A stretch of DNA of 36,620 bases from Alphaproteobacteria bacterium (GCA_024279575.1 JAJRRJ010000045.1:1-36620); one strand, 5' to 3'. Positions 1 to 9,459 are shown, counted from the first letter of the stretch. Numbers and translations: made by a program. Notes: a model not told the origin generated them from the letters alone.

Positions 1-88
1 ACTTTAATTAGGCCCTTGCCATTTCGACAAAAACCAACTGACTTAACACTAGAGTGCCAAGTAACAATAATTCCTTTCGATTCATCTA

Positions 89-409
89 ATGCCCAAAAGA
101 ATGAAAAATATGACCAACTTTCCAGACAATGAACAAAGCAAACCATCAAACTGTCAGGAAAGTGAACTTCTTGGATCATATTGTCTGGATTATTTAATTA
201 GTGACCCCGAGGAACTGGCGCGATTCATGGGGTTATCAGGATATACTCCTCAAACGTTGCGCGATTCGGTGGATACAACCGAACTGCAAACCGCCTTATT
301 GAATTATTTTGTGAGCAATGAAGCCGCGCTTTTGGCCATGTGTGCCAATGCAGGCATTCCTACCGCCCGCCTCATGCGGTGCTGGGGTCTGACAAATGCA
401 CATATCTAA
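89..409 (+). CDS. DUF3572-family protein (conserved alphaproteobacterial protein usually found upstream of dinB)
   Basis: 106-aa ORF. The C-terminal part (EELARFMGLSGYTPQTLRD...LLNYFVSNEAALLAMCANAGIP) resembles the DUF3572 family as I remember it. It lies 16 nt upstream of dinB on the same strand. Confidence 0.6.
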   Translation: MPKRMKNMTNFPDNEQSKPSNCQESELLGSYCLDYLISDPEELARFMGLSGYTPQTLRDSVDTTELQTALLNYFVSNEAALLAMCANAGIPTARLMRCWGLTNAHI

Positions 410-425
410 CCTAAACTGTTAAGTT

Positions 426-1751
426 ATGGATATTATCTCTCACCTTTGCCGTGACTGCCTTCAAGATTTTGACAACCCCACAAAACTCAAGCGCTGTTCA
501 AACTGCGCCTCCACAAGAATTATCGCGCACAAAGAGCTAAAAAGTCTGGCAATTTCACATATTGATTGTGATGCTTATTTCGCGGCTATCGAAAAACGAG
601 ACAATCCAGGCCTTTTGGACAAACCCGTTATTATTGGCGGTGAAAAACGCGGCGTTGTGTCGACCTGTTGCTATATCGCGCGCATGAGTGGCGTGCGTTC
701 CGCCATGCCCATGTTTACCGCAAAAAAGAAATGCCCGAACGCGGTAATTATCAAACCGCGCATGGCTGAATATATAAAAACCAGCAAAGAAATCCGCGCA
801 AAAATGCAAGCCCTGTCGCCCCTTGTAGAGCCGCTTTCCATTGATGAAGCGTTCGTTGATCTAAATGGCACACAGGCACTGCATAAGTCATTTCCAGCAA
901 GAACTCTGGCAAAGTTTGCCAATGAAGTTGAAAGTGAAATCGGCATTTCTGTTTCCATTGGGCTTTCCCACAACAAGTTTCTGGCAAAAATTGCTTCTGA
1001 TCTGGACAAACCCCGCGGCATGGCCTTGATCGGAGAAGAGGAGACATTAGAATTTCTTGCCAAAAAGCCCATTTCAATCATCTACGGGGTAGGAAAGGTA
1101 TTCACTCAGACACTTAAAAAAGATGGTTTCATCAATATCGGGCAGTTGCAAAACCATGACCCTGACGACCTGGCCAAACGGTATGGCGAAATGGGCGTTC
1201 GGCTCGCACGTCTGAGCCGGGGAATAGACAATCGTAGTTTTTCCCCCACGTCGGCCAAGGCAAAATCCATCTCCAATGAAACCACTTTTTTTGACGACAA
1301 ATCACAACTGAGCGACCTTTCAGCAACATTGCTTGCCCTGTGCGAGCAGGTATCTGCGCGCATGAAAAAGCAGGACGTTGTTGCGCACACGGTTACCTTG
1401 AAACTTAAAACTGCCGATTTCAAATCCCGCACCCGCGCCAAATATCTCTCCCTGCCCACTCAATTGGCCCACGTTATGTATGAAACAGCATTTCACCTGT
1501 TGCAAAAGGAAACTGATGGCACACCATTTCGCCTGATCGGGGTTGGCATGAGCGCCTTTGACGAACATGGCGCAGAGGACCCTGTTGACCTGTTTGAGCC
1601 ACAAATTGCGCGCAACGCCGCAGCAGAACGCGCAATGGACAAAGTTCGCGACAAATTTGGCACCGATGCAGTTGTCAGAGGCAAACTTTACCGGCAAAAG
1701 AGACGTATAGAAAATGAAAAACCCCAGAGCAAAAAACCTAACGGAAAATGA
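426..1751 (+). CDS. dinB: DNA polymerase IV (Y-family) with an N-terminal CxxC...CxxC zinc-ribbon extension
   Basis: IDCDAYFAAIEKRDNP catalytic motif, SIDEAFVDL, and SIGLSHNKFLAKIASDLDKP (palm/fingers and little-finger layout). Cys8, Cys11, Cys24 and Cys27 precede the polymerase core. Confidence 0.93.
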   Translation: MDIISHLCRDCLQDFDNPTKLKRCSNCASTRIIAHKELKSLAISHIDCDAYFAAIEKRDNPGLLDKPVIIGGEKRGVVSTCCYIARMSGVRSAMPMFTAKKKCPNAVIIKPRMAEYIKTSKEIRAKMQALSPLVEPLSIDEAFVDLNGTQALHKSFPARTLAKFANEVESEIGISVSIGLSHNKFLAKIASDLDKPRGMALIGEEETLEFLAKKPISIIYGVGKVFTQTLKKDGFINIGQLQNHDPDDLAKRYGEMGVRLARLSRGIDNRSFSPTSAKAKSISNETTFFDDKSQLSDLSATLLALCEQVSARMKKQDVVAHTVTLKLKTADFKSRTRAKYLSLPTQLAHVMYETAFHLLQKETDGTPFRLIGVGMSAFDEHGAEDPVDLFEPQIARNAAAERAMDKVRDKFGTDAVVRGKLYRQKRRIENEKPQSKKPNGK

Positions 1752-2233
1752 AAATGACTAATTCAAATGCTGAATCACCAGGTCAACGCCTTGCAACCCT
1801 GGGCATCACCTTACCAACACCTGCTGCACCTGCCGCCGCCTATGTCCCTGTGGTCCGCACAGGAAACCTGCTATATGTTTCAGGGCAACTCTCCATTATT
1901 GAGGGCAAACTGATCAAAGGCTGCTTAGGTAAGAATATAAGCATTGAGGAGGCCCAAATTGGCGCACGCCATGCCGCACTTGGAGTTTTGGCGCAAATTG
2001 TCACCAACGCCAATACACCGCTGGAAACCATTGTCAGGATAGTCAAACTCACCATCTTTGTTGCCAGCACCCCTGATTTTGATCAGCAACATATTGTCGC
2101 AAATGGCGGATCTGAAATTCTGGCGGAAATATTGGGCGAAAAAGGCCAGCATGCGCGCGCCGCTTTCGGCGTTGCCTCCATCCCAATGGGCGCCGCGGTC
2201 GAAATTGAAGCAATTGTGGAAATCGCTCAGTGA
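1748..2233 (+). CDS. RidA/YjgF/UK114-family protein
   Basis: 161 aa with LYVSGQ and a C-terminal AAVEIEAIVEI typical of the YjgF fold. Its ATG overlaps the dinB stop (ATGA, 4 nt). Confidence 0.85.
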   Translation: MKMTNSNAESPGQRLATLGITLPTPAAPAAAYVPVVRTGNLLYVSGQLSIIEGKLIKGCLGKNISIEEAQIGARHAALGVLAQIVTNANTPLETIVRIVKLTIFVASTPDFDQQHIVANGGSEILAEILGEKGQHARAAFGVASIPMGAAVEIEAIVEIAQ

Positions 2234-3000
2234 CAAAAATGGACGAAATTCTGAAATACCCGATTGCCCACCGCGGACTGCACGATCGCGACAAAGGGGT
2301 CATCGAGAACTCAAAAACCGCCTTTGCCAACGCAATCAAGGCAGGATTTGGCATAGAATGTGATCTGCAATTAAGCGGCGATGGCATTCCCATGGTATTT
2401 CACGATGCCCAATTAGATCGATTAACCCGACAGATCGGAAAAGTTTCTTCCCTGAGCGCGGGGCAAATTGGCCATATTAAACTAACGTCCAGCAAACGTG
2501 GCGACACACCGCAAACATTTTCTGAATTTTTAACACAAGTCGATGGCGCAGTTCCGGTTGTTGTCGAACTCAAAAAGCAAAACGATGGGCACAATCAACA
2601 ATTGGCAAGTGCCGCAGTGGAAGTGGCAAAAAACTATACAGGGCCGATTGTTTTCAAATCATTTTATCCCGGAATTTTATCCAGCGTACGCGCCGCCGGA
2701 TTTACCGGACCCATCGGAATTATTGTCACAAAAATCACCCCGGACAATGACCATTTCAAAGAGTTGAGCATTGTCGAGCGCATTATTGTGCACAATCTTT
2801 TGCACTATCCGCAAAGCCGTTTTGACTTCATTTCTGCAAACTATAAAGCGCTGCATCTTCCTGCAATCCGTTTCCTGAGAAAACTGGGCTTCCCTGTTAT
2901 GACATGGACCATAAGTTCGTTTGAAATCGCACAAAAAACCCGTGGTCACGCCGATCAGTTGGTTTTTGAAAATTATTTGCCCTATCGTGCCTCAAGGTGA
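2230..3000 (+). CDS. glycerophosphodiester phosphodiesterase (GDPD) family protein
   Basis: IAHRGLHD, ENS..AF, ECDLQLSGDGIPMVFHD are GDPD catalytic motifs. The GTG start overlaps the RidA stop. An alternative ATG lies at 2239. Confidence 0.85.
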   Translation: MTKMDEILKYPIAHRGLHDRDKGVIENSKTAFANAIKAGFGIECDLQLSGDGIPMVFHDAQLDRLTRQIGKVSSLSAGQIGHIKLTSSKRGDTPQTFSEFLTQVDGAVPVVVELKKQNDGHNQQLASAAVEVAKNYTGPIVFKSFYPGILSSVRAAGFTGPIGIIVTKITPDNDHFKELSIVERIIVHNLLHYPQSRFDFISANYKALHLPAIRFLRKLGFPVMTWTISSFEIAQKTRGHADQLVFENYLPYRASR

Positions 3001-4156
3001 AATTTCAGCCACAATCCACAATAGTACCGCCTCCGTGGAAGCTGAGGTGTGGAACCAACTGGCACGTATGTCAGACAACAAAAACGCCAATCCTTTTTTA
3101 AGCCATGCATTCTTTTTAGCCCTTGAACAATCAGGCAGCGCCATCGCTCAAACAGGCTGGTACCCTCAACATATTTTGTTAACAAAAGAGAACAAACCGG
3201 TAGCACTCATGCCGCTTTTTCTAAAACCCCATTCACAAGGGGAATATGTATTTGACCACGCCTGGGCAGATGCTTTTGAACGTGCCGGAGGAAATTACTA
3301 TCCAAAACTTCAGGCCAGCATTCCATTTACCCCCGTTACATCACATAAGTTGCTTGTTCCCTCGAACGACATAGAATTGAAAATAGCGCTTCTGGATACC
3401 GCCCGCCAATTGGCGGACCAGCTGAACATTTCCTCAATTCATGCAACATTTGTTACCAAAGAGGAGGAGAAACTGGCGCATCAATGCGGGTGGTTGACCC
3501 GCATCGACACCCAGTTTCATTGGCAAAACAAGGACTATACCTGTTTTGATGATTTTCTCAAAACGCTGCCCTCACGCCGCAGAAAAACCATCCTGCGGGA
3601 ACGAAAAAATGTGCTGGACGATAATATCTCAATCAGGTGGTTGCAAGGAAACTCCATAACGGAAAAACACTGGGACAGGTTTTTTGAGTTTTATCAGGAT
3701 ACCGGTGATAAAAAGTGGGGCACCCCCTATCTCACCCGTACATTTTTCAAACAAATTGCACAAAGTATGCCCAGGAACTTAGTTTTGATTTTGGCAGAAA
3801 AGAACGGAAACCCTGTTGCTGGAGCACTGAACTTTTTATCGGGAGACACCCTTTTTGGCCGGTATTGGGGCTGCTCTGAAGATGTAGCATTTTTACATTT
3901 TGAGATCTGTTACTATCAGGCGATCGACTATGCAATCCAACACAAATTAAAAACCGTTGAAGCCGGTGCCCAGGGAGGACACAAGTTGTCGCGTGGATAT
4001 GAACCCGTTTTTACGCGCTCAATTCACTGGATACAAAACCCCGGATTGCGTCAGGCAGTGGAAAATGTCCTCTCCCATGAACGTGAAGCAGTGCAAGAGG
4101 ATCATGTAATTCTTCAAAAAGCTGCGCCTTTCAAAGTCACCTCAAACAATCCATAA
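2987..4156 (+). CDS. DUF482 / FemAB-like GNAT-fold N-acyltransferase family protein
   Basis: NPFLSHAFFLALEQSGS...HSQGEYVFDHAWADAFERAGGNYYPKLQASIPFTPVT matches the PF04339-type family as I remember it. The ORF is open from 2921, but that start would overlap the upstream gene by 80 nt. The in-frame GTG at 2987 (14-nt overlap) is more plausible. The start is uncertain. Confidence 0.8.
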   Translation: MPQGEISATIHNSTASVEAEVWNQLARMSDNKNANPFLSHAFFLALEQSGSAIAQTGWYPQHILLTKENKPVALMPLFLKPHSQGEYVFDHAWADAFERAGGNYYPKLQASIPFTPVTSHKLLVPSNDIELKIALLDTARQLADQLNISSIHATFVTKEEEKLAHQCGWLTRIDTQFHWQNKDYTCFDDFLKTLPSRRRKTILRERKNVLDDNISIRWLQGNSITEKHWDRFFEFYQDTGDKKWGTPYLTRTFFKQIAQSMPRNLVLILAEKNGNPVAGALNFLSGDTLFGRYWGCSEDVAFLHFEICYYQAIDYAIQHKLKTVEAGAQGGHKLSRGYEPVFTRSIHWIQNPGLRQAVENVLSHEREAVQEDHVILQKAAPFKVTSNNP

Positions 4157-4178
4157 TGCTAATAAGGAGATATTCAAC

Positions 4179-4601
4179 ATGAGCGCTTATGACCCGGATA
4201 ATATTTTTGCCAAAATTCTTAGAAACGAAATTCCAAGTGTTGAAATCTTCCAGAATAAAAATTCTTTGGCCATTATGGATGCATTTCCACAAAGCAAAGG
4301 TCACGCCCTGCTAATTCCCACAGCCCCATCTCGCAACCTGCTTGACGCCGATCCTAAACACCTAGGGCTTGTCATTAAGGATGTCCAAAAACTCGCAATC
4401 GCCAGCAAAGCCGCATTTAATGCAGACGGTGTTCGTGTGGCCCAATTTAACGAAGCCTCAGCAGGACAAACGGTTTTCCACCTGCACTTTCACATTATAC
4501 CCGCATTTGAGGGTGTCCACTTGGCACCCCACGCATCACAAATGGCAGATATGGACGAATTAACCGCCCACGCCGAACTTTTGCGCGCGCATCTCTCCTG
4601 A
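4179..4601 (+). CDS. HIT-family (histidine triad) nucleotide hydrolase
   Basis: 140 aa with an HLHFHIIP histidine triad. An AGGAG lies upstream of the ATG. Confidence 0.9.
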   Translation: MSAYDPDNIFAKILRNEIPSVEIFQNKNSLAIMDAFPQSKGHALLIPTAPSRNLLDADPKHLGLVIKDVQKLAIASKAAFNADGVRVAQFNEASAGQTVFHLHFHIIPAFEGVHLAPHASQMADMDELTAHAELLRAHLS

Positions 4602-4644
4602 CCCTCTGCATAATCAAACGAAATTAAGTGCCGGATTTTGAGAG

Positions 4645-7047
4645 CTATTCCTTAGATTTCTCTGCGGATTTCTCTGTCGGTTTTTCCGTAGATTTCTCTG
4701 TCGGTTTTTGTTTTGCTTGAACCTTGCGCTTTTTGATGATTTTTGGCCCGGAAATCGCCTTGGGTCGCGCTGGTGTCGGCGGTAATGCGATTAATTCCAA
4801 CTGTGCATCAGCCCCCTCACCCACGACCGCAACATTTACCGACCCCCCTTTGGTCAGAGGCCCAAACAAAACCTCTTCAGCCAGCGGCTTTTTCACATAT
4901 TCCTGAATAACCCGCGCCAACGGGCGAGCCCCCATGGTTTCATTATATCCACGATCCGCCAGCCAATCCGCCGCCTCTTTGCTCAAAGAAATGGTCACGT
5001 TGCGTTCAGCCAACTGTGTTTCCAGCTGTAAAATGAATTTCTCCACAATCCGATGAACCACATTTCGTGGCAAAGGATTAAACGATACAATCGCATCCAG
5101 CCGATTGCGAAACTCAGGGCTAAACATCCGATTGATTGCATCTTCATCGTCCCCTGCCTGTCGAGTACGACCAAACCCAATAGGCGCTTTCGCCAATTCC
5201 GCCGCCCCCACATTTGATGTCATGATCAAAATGACATTGCGAAAATCAACGGATTTGCCATTGTTATCGGTGAGTTTGCCATGATCCATCACCTGCAACA
5301 AAACATTGAACAGATCCGGGTGGGCTTTTTCCACCTCATCCAGAAGCACAACACAATGGGGGTTTTGATCAACGCCTTCAGTGAGCAGTCCCCCCTGATC
5401 AAACCCGACATACCCCGGAGGCGCGCCAATCAAACGCGAAACCGCATGCCGCTCCATATATTCGGACATATCAAATCGTAACACTTCAACGCCCAGAGTA
5501 TCGGCTAACTGCCGTGCCATTTCAGTTTTGCCAACACCGGTTGGGCCAGTGAACAAGTACGAACCAATCGGTTTTTCCGGTTCACGCAATCCAGCACGCG
5601 CCAACTTGATTGCCGAAGAAAGCGCCTCAATGGCGGAATCCTGACCAAACACAACCCGCTTCAAATTGGTTTCCAGATTAGCCAGCAGCTCCGCATCTGA
5701 ACGTGATACAGAACGCGGTGGAATCCGGGCGATACTGGCAATTGTCGTTTCAATATCGCTAGTGCCCAAAACCTTTTTCCGTTTGTCACTGGGCAACAGC
5801 ATCTGCGCCGCGCCAGCCTCATCCACCACATCAATTGCCTTATCCGGCAGTTTTCGATCGTTAATATATCTGGCGGAAAGCTCCACTGCAGCTTTAAGCG
5901 CATCATTGGTGTATTTGACCTTATGAAATTCCTCAAAATACGGCTTTAGACCACGCATAATTTCAATGGTGTCAGGAATACTTGGCTCCGCCACATCAAT
6001 TTTCTGAAACCTGCGCACCAGCGCCCGGTCCTTTTCAAAAAACTGACGGAACTCTTTGTAAGTTGTTGAACCAATGCAGCGAATTTCACCTGACGCCAAC
6101 GCAGGCTTAAGCAGGTTTGAGGCATCCATTGCGCCCCCGGAAGTCGAGCCGGCACCAATAATCGTATGAATTTCATCAATAAATAAAATCACATCAGGCC
6201 GCTTCTCAAGCTCCTTCATCACCGACTTAAGACGCTCTTCAAAATCCCCTCGATAACGGGTGCCGGCAAGTAGCGCGCCCATATCCAACGAATGAATTTC
6301 AACGTCCTTTAGAACCTCGGGTACCGCACCCTCGGTAATTTTCCGAGCAAGGCCCTCAGCTATGGCAGTTTTTCCCACCCCCGCCTCCCCCACATAGAGC
6401 GGGTTGTTTTTTGAGCGTCGACAAAGAACCTGAATAGTACGATTTAACTCGGACTCTCGACCGATCAAAGGATCAATCTTACCATCCATGGCCTTTTTAT
6501 TGAGGTTGACGCAGAATTCAGCCAAAGCCGATTTTTTTTCTGCAGGTTGACCATCGTCCCCCAGTGCATCCTCACTAATTTCACTCAACTCAATTTCAGC
6601 AAAACTCCCGGCACGCGTAATACCATGGGAAATAAAGTTCACCGCATCCAGGCGCGTCATGTCCTGTTGTTCAAGGAAATAGGCGGCGTGACTTTCCCGT
6701 TCTGCAAAAATTGCAACCAACACATTCGCTCCGCTCACCTCATCGCGCTGGGAGGACTGAACGTGGATAACCGCCCGTTGAATAACTCGCTGAAAAGCAG
6801 CCGTATATCGCGTTTCCTTAACGTCCGGATTTTTGAGGTTTTCAAGCTCTTCATCAAGAAATGTAAGCAATGCCTGCCGCAAATCCATGAGATTTACTTC
6901 ACACGCTGACAAGACAAGAAGCGCCTCGCGATCATCCATTAACGCCAGCAAAAGGTGCTCAAGAGTTGCAAACTCATGACTTCTCTCGCGCGCATACCCC
7001 ATAGCTGTATGCAGTGTTTTTTCCAGGTCCGATGAGAAAGATGGCAT
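4645..7047 (-). CDS. clpA: ATP-dependent Clp protease ATP-binding subunit ClpA, with a Lys/Glu-rich repetitive C-terminal tail
   Basis: Clp N-domain repeats, two AAA modules (GEAGVGKT and GPTGVGKT Walker A motifs), 800 aa, directly downstream of clpS. Confidence 0.97.
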   Translation of the reverse strand: MPSFSSDLEKTLHTAMGYARERSHEFATLEHLLLALMDDREALLVLSACEVNLMDLRQALLTFLDEELENLKNPDVKETRYTAAFQRVIQRAVIHVQSSQRDEVSGANVLVAIFAERESHAAYFLEQQDMTRLDAVNFISHGITRAGSFAEIELSEISEDALGDDGQPAEKKSALAEFCVNLNKKAMDGKIDPLIGRESELNRTIQVLCRRSKNNPLYVGEAGVGKTAIAEGLARKITEGAVPEVLKDVEIHSLDMGALLAGTRYRGDFEERLKSVMKELEKRPDVILFIDEIHTIIGAGSTSGGAMDASNLLKPALASGEIRCIGSTTYKEFRQFFEKDRALVRRFQKIDVAEPSIPDTIEIMRGLKPYFEEFHKVKYTNDALKAAVELSARYINDRKLPDKAIDVVDEAGAAQMLLPSDKRKKVLGTSDIETTIASIARIPPRSVSRSDAELLANLETNLKRVVFGQDSAIEALSSAIKLARAGLREPEKPIGSYLFTGPTGVGKTEMARQLADTLGVEVLRFDMSEYMERHAVSRLIGAPPGYVGFDQGGLLTEGVDQNPHCVVLLDEVEKAHPDLFNVLLQVMDHGKLTDNNGKSVDFRNVILIMTSNVGAAELAKAPIGFGRTRQAGDDEDAINRMFSPEFRNRLDAIVSFNPLPRNVVHRIVEKFILQLETQLAERNVTISLSKEAADWLADRGYNETMGARPLARVIQEYVKKPLAEEVLFGPLTKGGSVNVAVVGEGADAQLELIALPPTPARPKAISGPKIIKKRKVQAKQKPTEKSTEKPTEKSAEKSKE
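4655..4710. repeat. short tandem repeat inside the 3' end of clpA
   Basis: The unit gatttctctg recurs at 4655, 4667 and 4691. The 24-nt unit gatttctctgtcggtttttccgta (4667-4690) is repeated for 20 nt at 4691-4710. It encodes ...KPTEKSTEKPTEKSAEKSKE. Confidence 0.6.
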
Positions 7048-7062
7048 TGATTTTGCGCTCCG

Positions 7063-7449
7063 CTACTTTTTTTCCATCACACATTGTAACGGATGCTGGG
7101 CCTTTTGGGCTGCATCCATTACCAGCATGACTTTTGTTTCAGCCACCTCATATGGGTAGACCCCGCACTCGCCCACATTATTCAAATGGACATGCATCAT
7201 AATTTTTTGTGCCTCAGAACTACTCAGGTTAAAAATATCCTGCAAAATTATGACTACAAATTCTTGCGGTGTAAAATCATCATTAAGCAGTAACACCCGG
7301 TACAAGTTGGGCCGTTTGGTTTTTTCACGAACCTTTGTCGCAACACCAACATTGGCCCCATCTTCCCCCTCATCACCGTTTTCAGACTGCATAACAGGCA
7401 CGCCCACTAAGCCATCACCCCAACCTGTAAAATTTATTTCCTCAACCAT
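7063..7449 (-). CDS. clpS: ATP-dependent Clp protease adaptor ClpS
   Basis: PNLYRVLLLNDDFTPQEFVV...IMMHVH core motif, 15 nt upstream of clpA. An alternative start at Met20 would be at 7392. Confidence 0.9.
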   Translation of the reverse strand: MVEEINFTGWGDGLVGVPVMQSENGDEGEDGANVGVATKVREKTKRPNLYRVLLLNDDFTPQEFVVIILQDIFNLSSSEAQKIMMHVHLNNVGECGVYPYEVAETKVMLVMDAAQKAQHPLQCVMEKK

Positions 7450-7726
7450 CGTCTTTCAATTCAATATTTTGGTTTTCAATTCACCCGCCTAATGTAGGGC
7501 ATTTACAAAATTTGTTAAGGGGGCGGTATGGCATTAGTGTGCTCTTTTCAAAGCATTGAGCATTTATCCAAAAATTAGTTCAAATTTTTACAAGTTCGTA
7601 ACGGCTGATACCTATCTTGCATCCAAGTAATTAGGGAACAGCGCCGAATTTGGGGCGCGCTTTTCCTAAGAAATTGTTGAGTACGGGTTGCGTATTGCCC
7701 GATTGAGTTGAGTTGGAGTAAGGGCA

Positions 7727-9400
7727 TTGTCCCCACACGTTTCGCCCCCCCGGGCCAATCCATGCCTGTGCATAAAACCATTGCGTGCAATTTTTACCGC
7801 TTTGCTGACCTTTCTGATTGTGACATCGTTCTTAATGCCATCAGCGCGTGCAGACGTGCCAAGAGCGTATGCCGGGATCGTCATTGACGCAAAAACCGGA
7901 AATACATTATATTCATATGCCGCTGACTCAGCGCGTTATCCCGCATCAGTCACCAAAGTTATGACGCTGTACGTATTGTTCCAGGAACTGGAAGCGGGGC
8001 GTTTGTCCCTTTCCACACGAATGAAAGTTTCCAGATATGCATCCCAGGCGGTGCCAACGAAATTACATTTGCGCGCTGGCAGAACCATTAAAGTTGAAGA
8101 TGCAATCAAGGCGCTTGTGACATTATCTGCAAATGACGTGGCCCGCGTTATTGCCGAACACATTTCTGGCAGCGAGGCAGAATTTGCCCGCAGAATGACG
8201 CGAACCGCCCGCGCCCTTGGCATGTCGCGCACGACATACGCGAACGCTTCAGGTTTGCCCAACTCTCGCCAGGTTACAACGGTGCGCGATCAGGCGCGCC
8301 TTGGCATGGCCGTGTTCCAGCACTTCCCAAAATATTACGAATATTTCCAGACCCGCCGGTTCACCTATGGCGGGCGCACCTATGGCAACCACAACAAATT
8401 GTTGGGGGAAGGTGGCGTTGATGGAATCAAAACCGGATATATTCGTGCCTCCGGCTTTAACCTTCTTACCGCCGCCCGCCGCAACAACCGGCACATTGTT
8501 GTTGTCGGGTTCGGGTTTAATTCAGGCGCGGCACGCAATGCAAAGGTGCGTGAACTCATTTCGCGTTACATGAACCGCGGCAGGCGTGGCAGCTATTGGC
8601 AACAGGCCTCCATTCCTAAAGTAGGTCCTCAGGGAAACTCAAATTCATTTGCTGTGGCTCAAAACACGCCCGTAACGCCGGCACCCCGCCCGGCAAACCG
8701 TCAGCTTATCGTTTCCGACACTCCCCAACCAGGTGCTGTCATGGTGGCTTCCCAGGCGCCGGTAAACCAGCCTGTACCAACCATCCCTCCCGTTTTGCCG
8801 GCACCTCGCATCACTACCCGCACCGACCAGGCTTCACCAGTTACCCTGGCCGTAACAACTCCACCAACACAGCTAATTCCCGCCACCGCCATTCAAGCAA
8901 CAGCGTTGATTGTTCCCACCCGGCGCACCGCCCCACAACCCCTTGATGTTATCGGTGCATGGCTCACGGAAAATTTCACTTTGGGATCAAGTGCAACCGG
9001 ATCACTGCAAAACAGCGGCGTTGCCACCCTTCGCCCCCCCGCCAATATCGGCGAGCCAAGCAACCAGGCCGATAATCAAGCCATTGATTTGATGACGTCA
9101 GGCAGTATTGACCCACCCGCCCCAACAACCACTCCACAAGTCACCCCACAAATCGCCCCTGTATGGGTCGTGCAAATTGGCGCGCCCCCAACACAACAAG
9201 CTGCCCAGTCTATGTTGCAAAGCGCAACACAACGCATAACAGCGCTGGGCAATTTCAGGCCCTATGTGGAAGAATTCAACAAGACGGGGCAAACATTTTT
9301 CCGCGCACGATTTACCGGCTTTGCCGAACGGGCGCACGCCATTTCCATGTGTGAAGAGATTAAACAGAATAATATGAGCTGCCTGGCCGTCCAAAGCTAA
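7727..9400 (+). CDS. D-alanyl-D-alanine carboxypeptidase (peptidase S11, PBP5/6-like) with a Pro/Thr/Gln-rich linker and a C-terminal SPOR domain
   Basis: SVTK (SxxK), SAN (SxN) and KTGYI (KTG) motifs. The C-terminus VWVVQIGAP...FFRARFTGFAERAHAISMCEEIK is SPOR-like. The ORF opens with TTG at 7727. An in-frame TTG at 7781 would give a clean signal peptide (MRAIFTALLTFLIVTSFLMPSARA/DV). Confidence 0.88.
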   Translation: MSPHVSPPRANPCLCIKPLRAIFTALLTFLIVTSFLMPSARADVPRAYAGIVIDAKTGNTLYSYAADSARYPASVTKVMTLYVLFQELEAGRLSLSTRMKVSRYASQAVPTKLHLRAGRTIKVEDAIKALVTLSANDVARVIAEHISGSEAEFARRMTRTARALGMSRTTYANASGLPNSRQVTTVRDQARLGMAVFQHFPKYYEYFQTRRFTYGGRTYGNHNKLLGEGGVDGIKTGYIRASGFNLLTAARRNNRHIVVVGFGFNSGAARNAKVRELISRYMNRGRRGSYWQQASIPKVGPQGNSNSFAVAQNTPVTPAPRPANRQLIVSDTPQPGAVMVASQAPVNQPVPTIPPVLPAPRITTRTDQASPVTLAVTTPPTQLIPATAIQATALIVPTRRTAPQPLDVIGAWLTENFTLGSSATGSLQNSGVATLRPPANIGEPSNQADNQAIDLMTSGSIDPPAPTTTPQVTPQIAPVWVVQIGAPPTQQAAQSMLQSATQRITALGNFRPYVEEFNKTGQTFFRARFTGFAERAHAISMCEEIKQNNMSCLAVQS

Positions 9401-9459
9401 AGGAAGCCGTTTTTAAGGGAAGCAAGTTTGGTGCATTTGAGTAACAGGAGTAGCCCCAA

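Noticed and set aside
1-88. Search for an alphaproteobacterial SOS box (GTTC-N7-GTTC or GAAC-N7-GAAC) upstream of the DUF3572-dinB operon.
   Set aside because: Neither GTTC nor GAAC occurs in the 88 nt available. The promoter may lie outside the window, so absence of SOS control cannot be concluded.
2921-2986. The 5' extension of the DUF482 ORF, which overlaps the GDPD gene by 80 nt.
   Set aside because: The extension (MKSHKKPVVTPISWFLKIICP) is not part of the conserved family N-terminus as I recall it. The in-frame GTG at 2987 gives the usual short overlap. It is most likely not translated.
4655-4710. Tandem repeat considered as a possible CRISPR or minisatellite element.
   Set aside because: It has only about three short units, no spacers, and lies inside the clpA coding frame. 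It is a coding low-complexity repeat, not a CRISPR array.
7639-7664. GC hairpin (gcgcc...ggcgc) followed by TTTT in the clpS/carboxypeptidase divergent region. It could be an sRNA terminator or a leader attenuator.
   Set aside because: The stem is only 5-6 bp, I could identify no convincing promoter upstream, and there is no conservation information. It is too weak to call.
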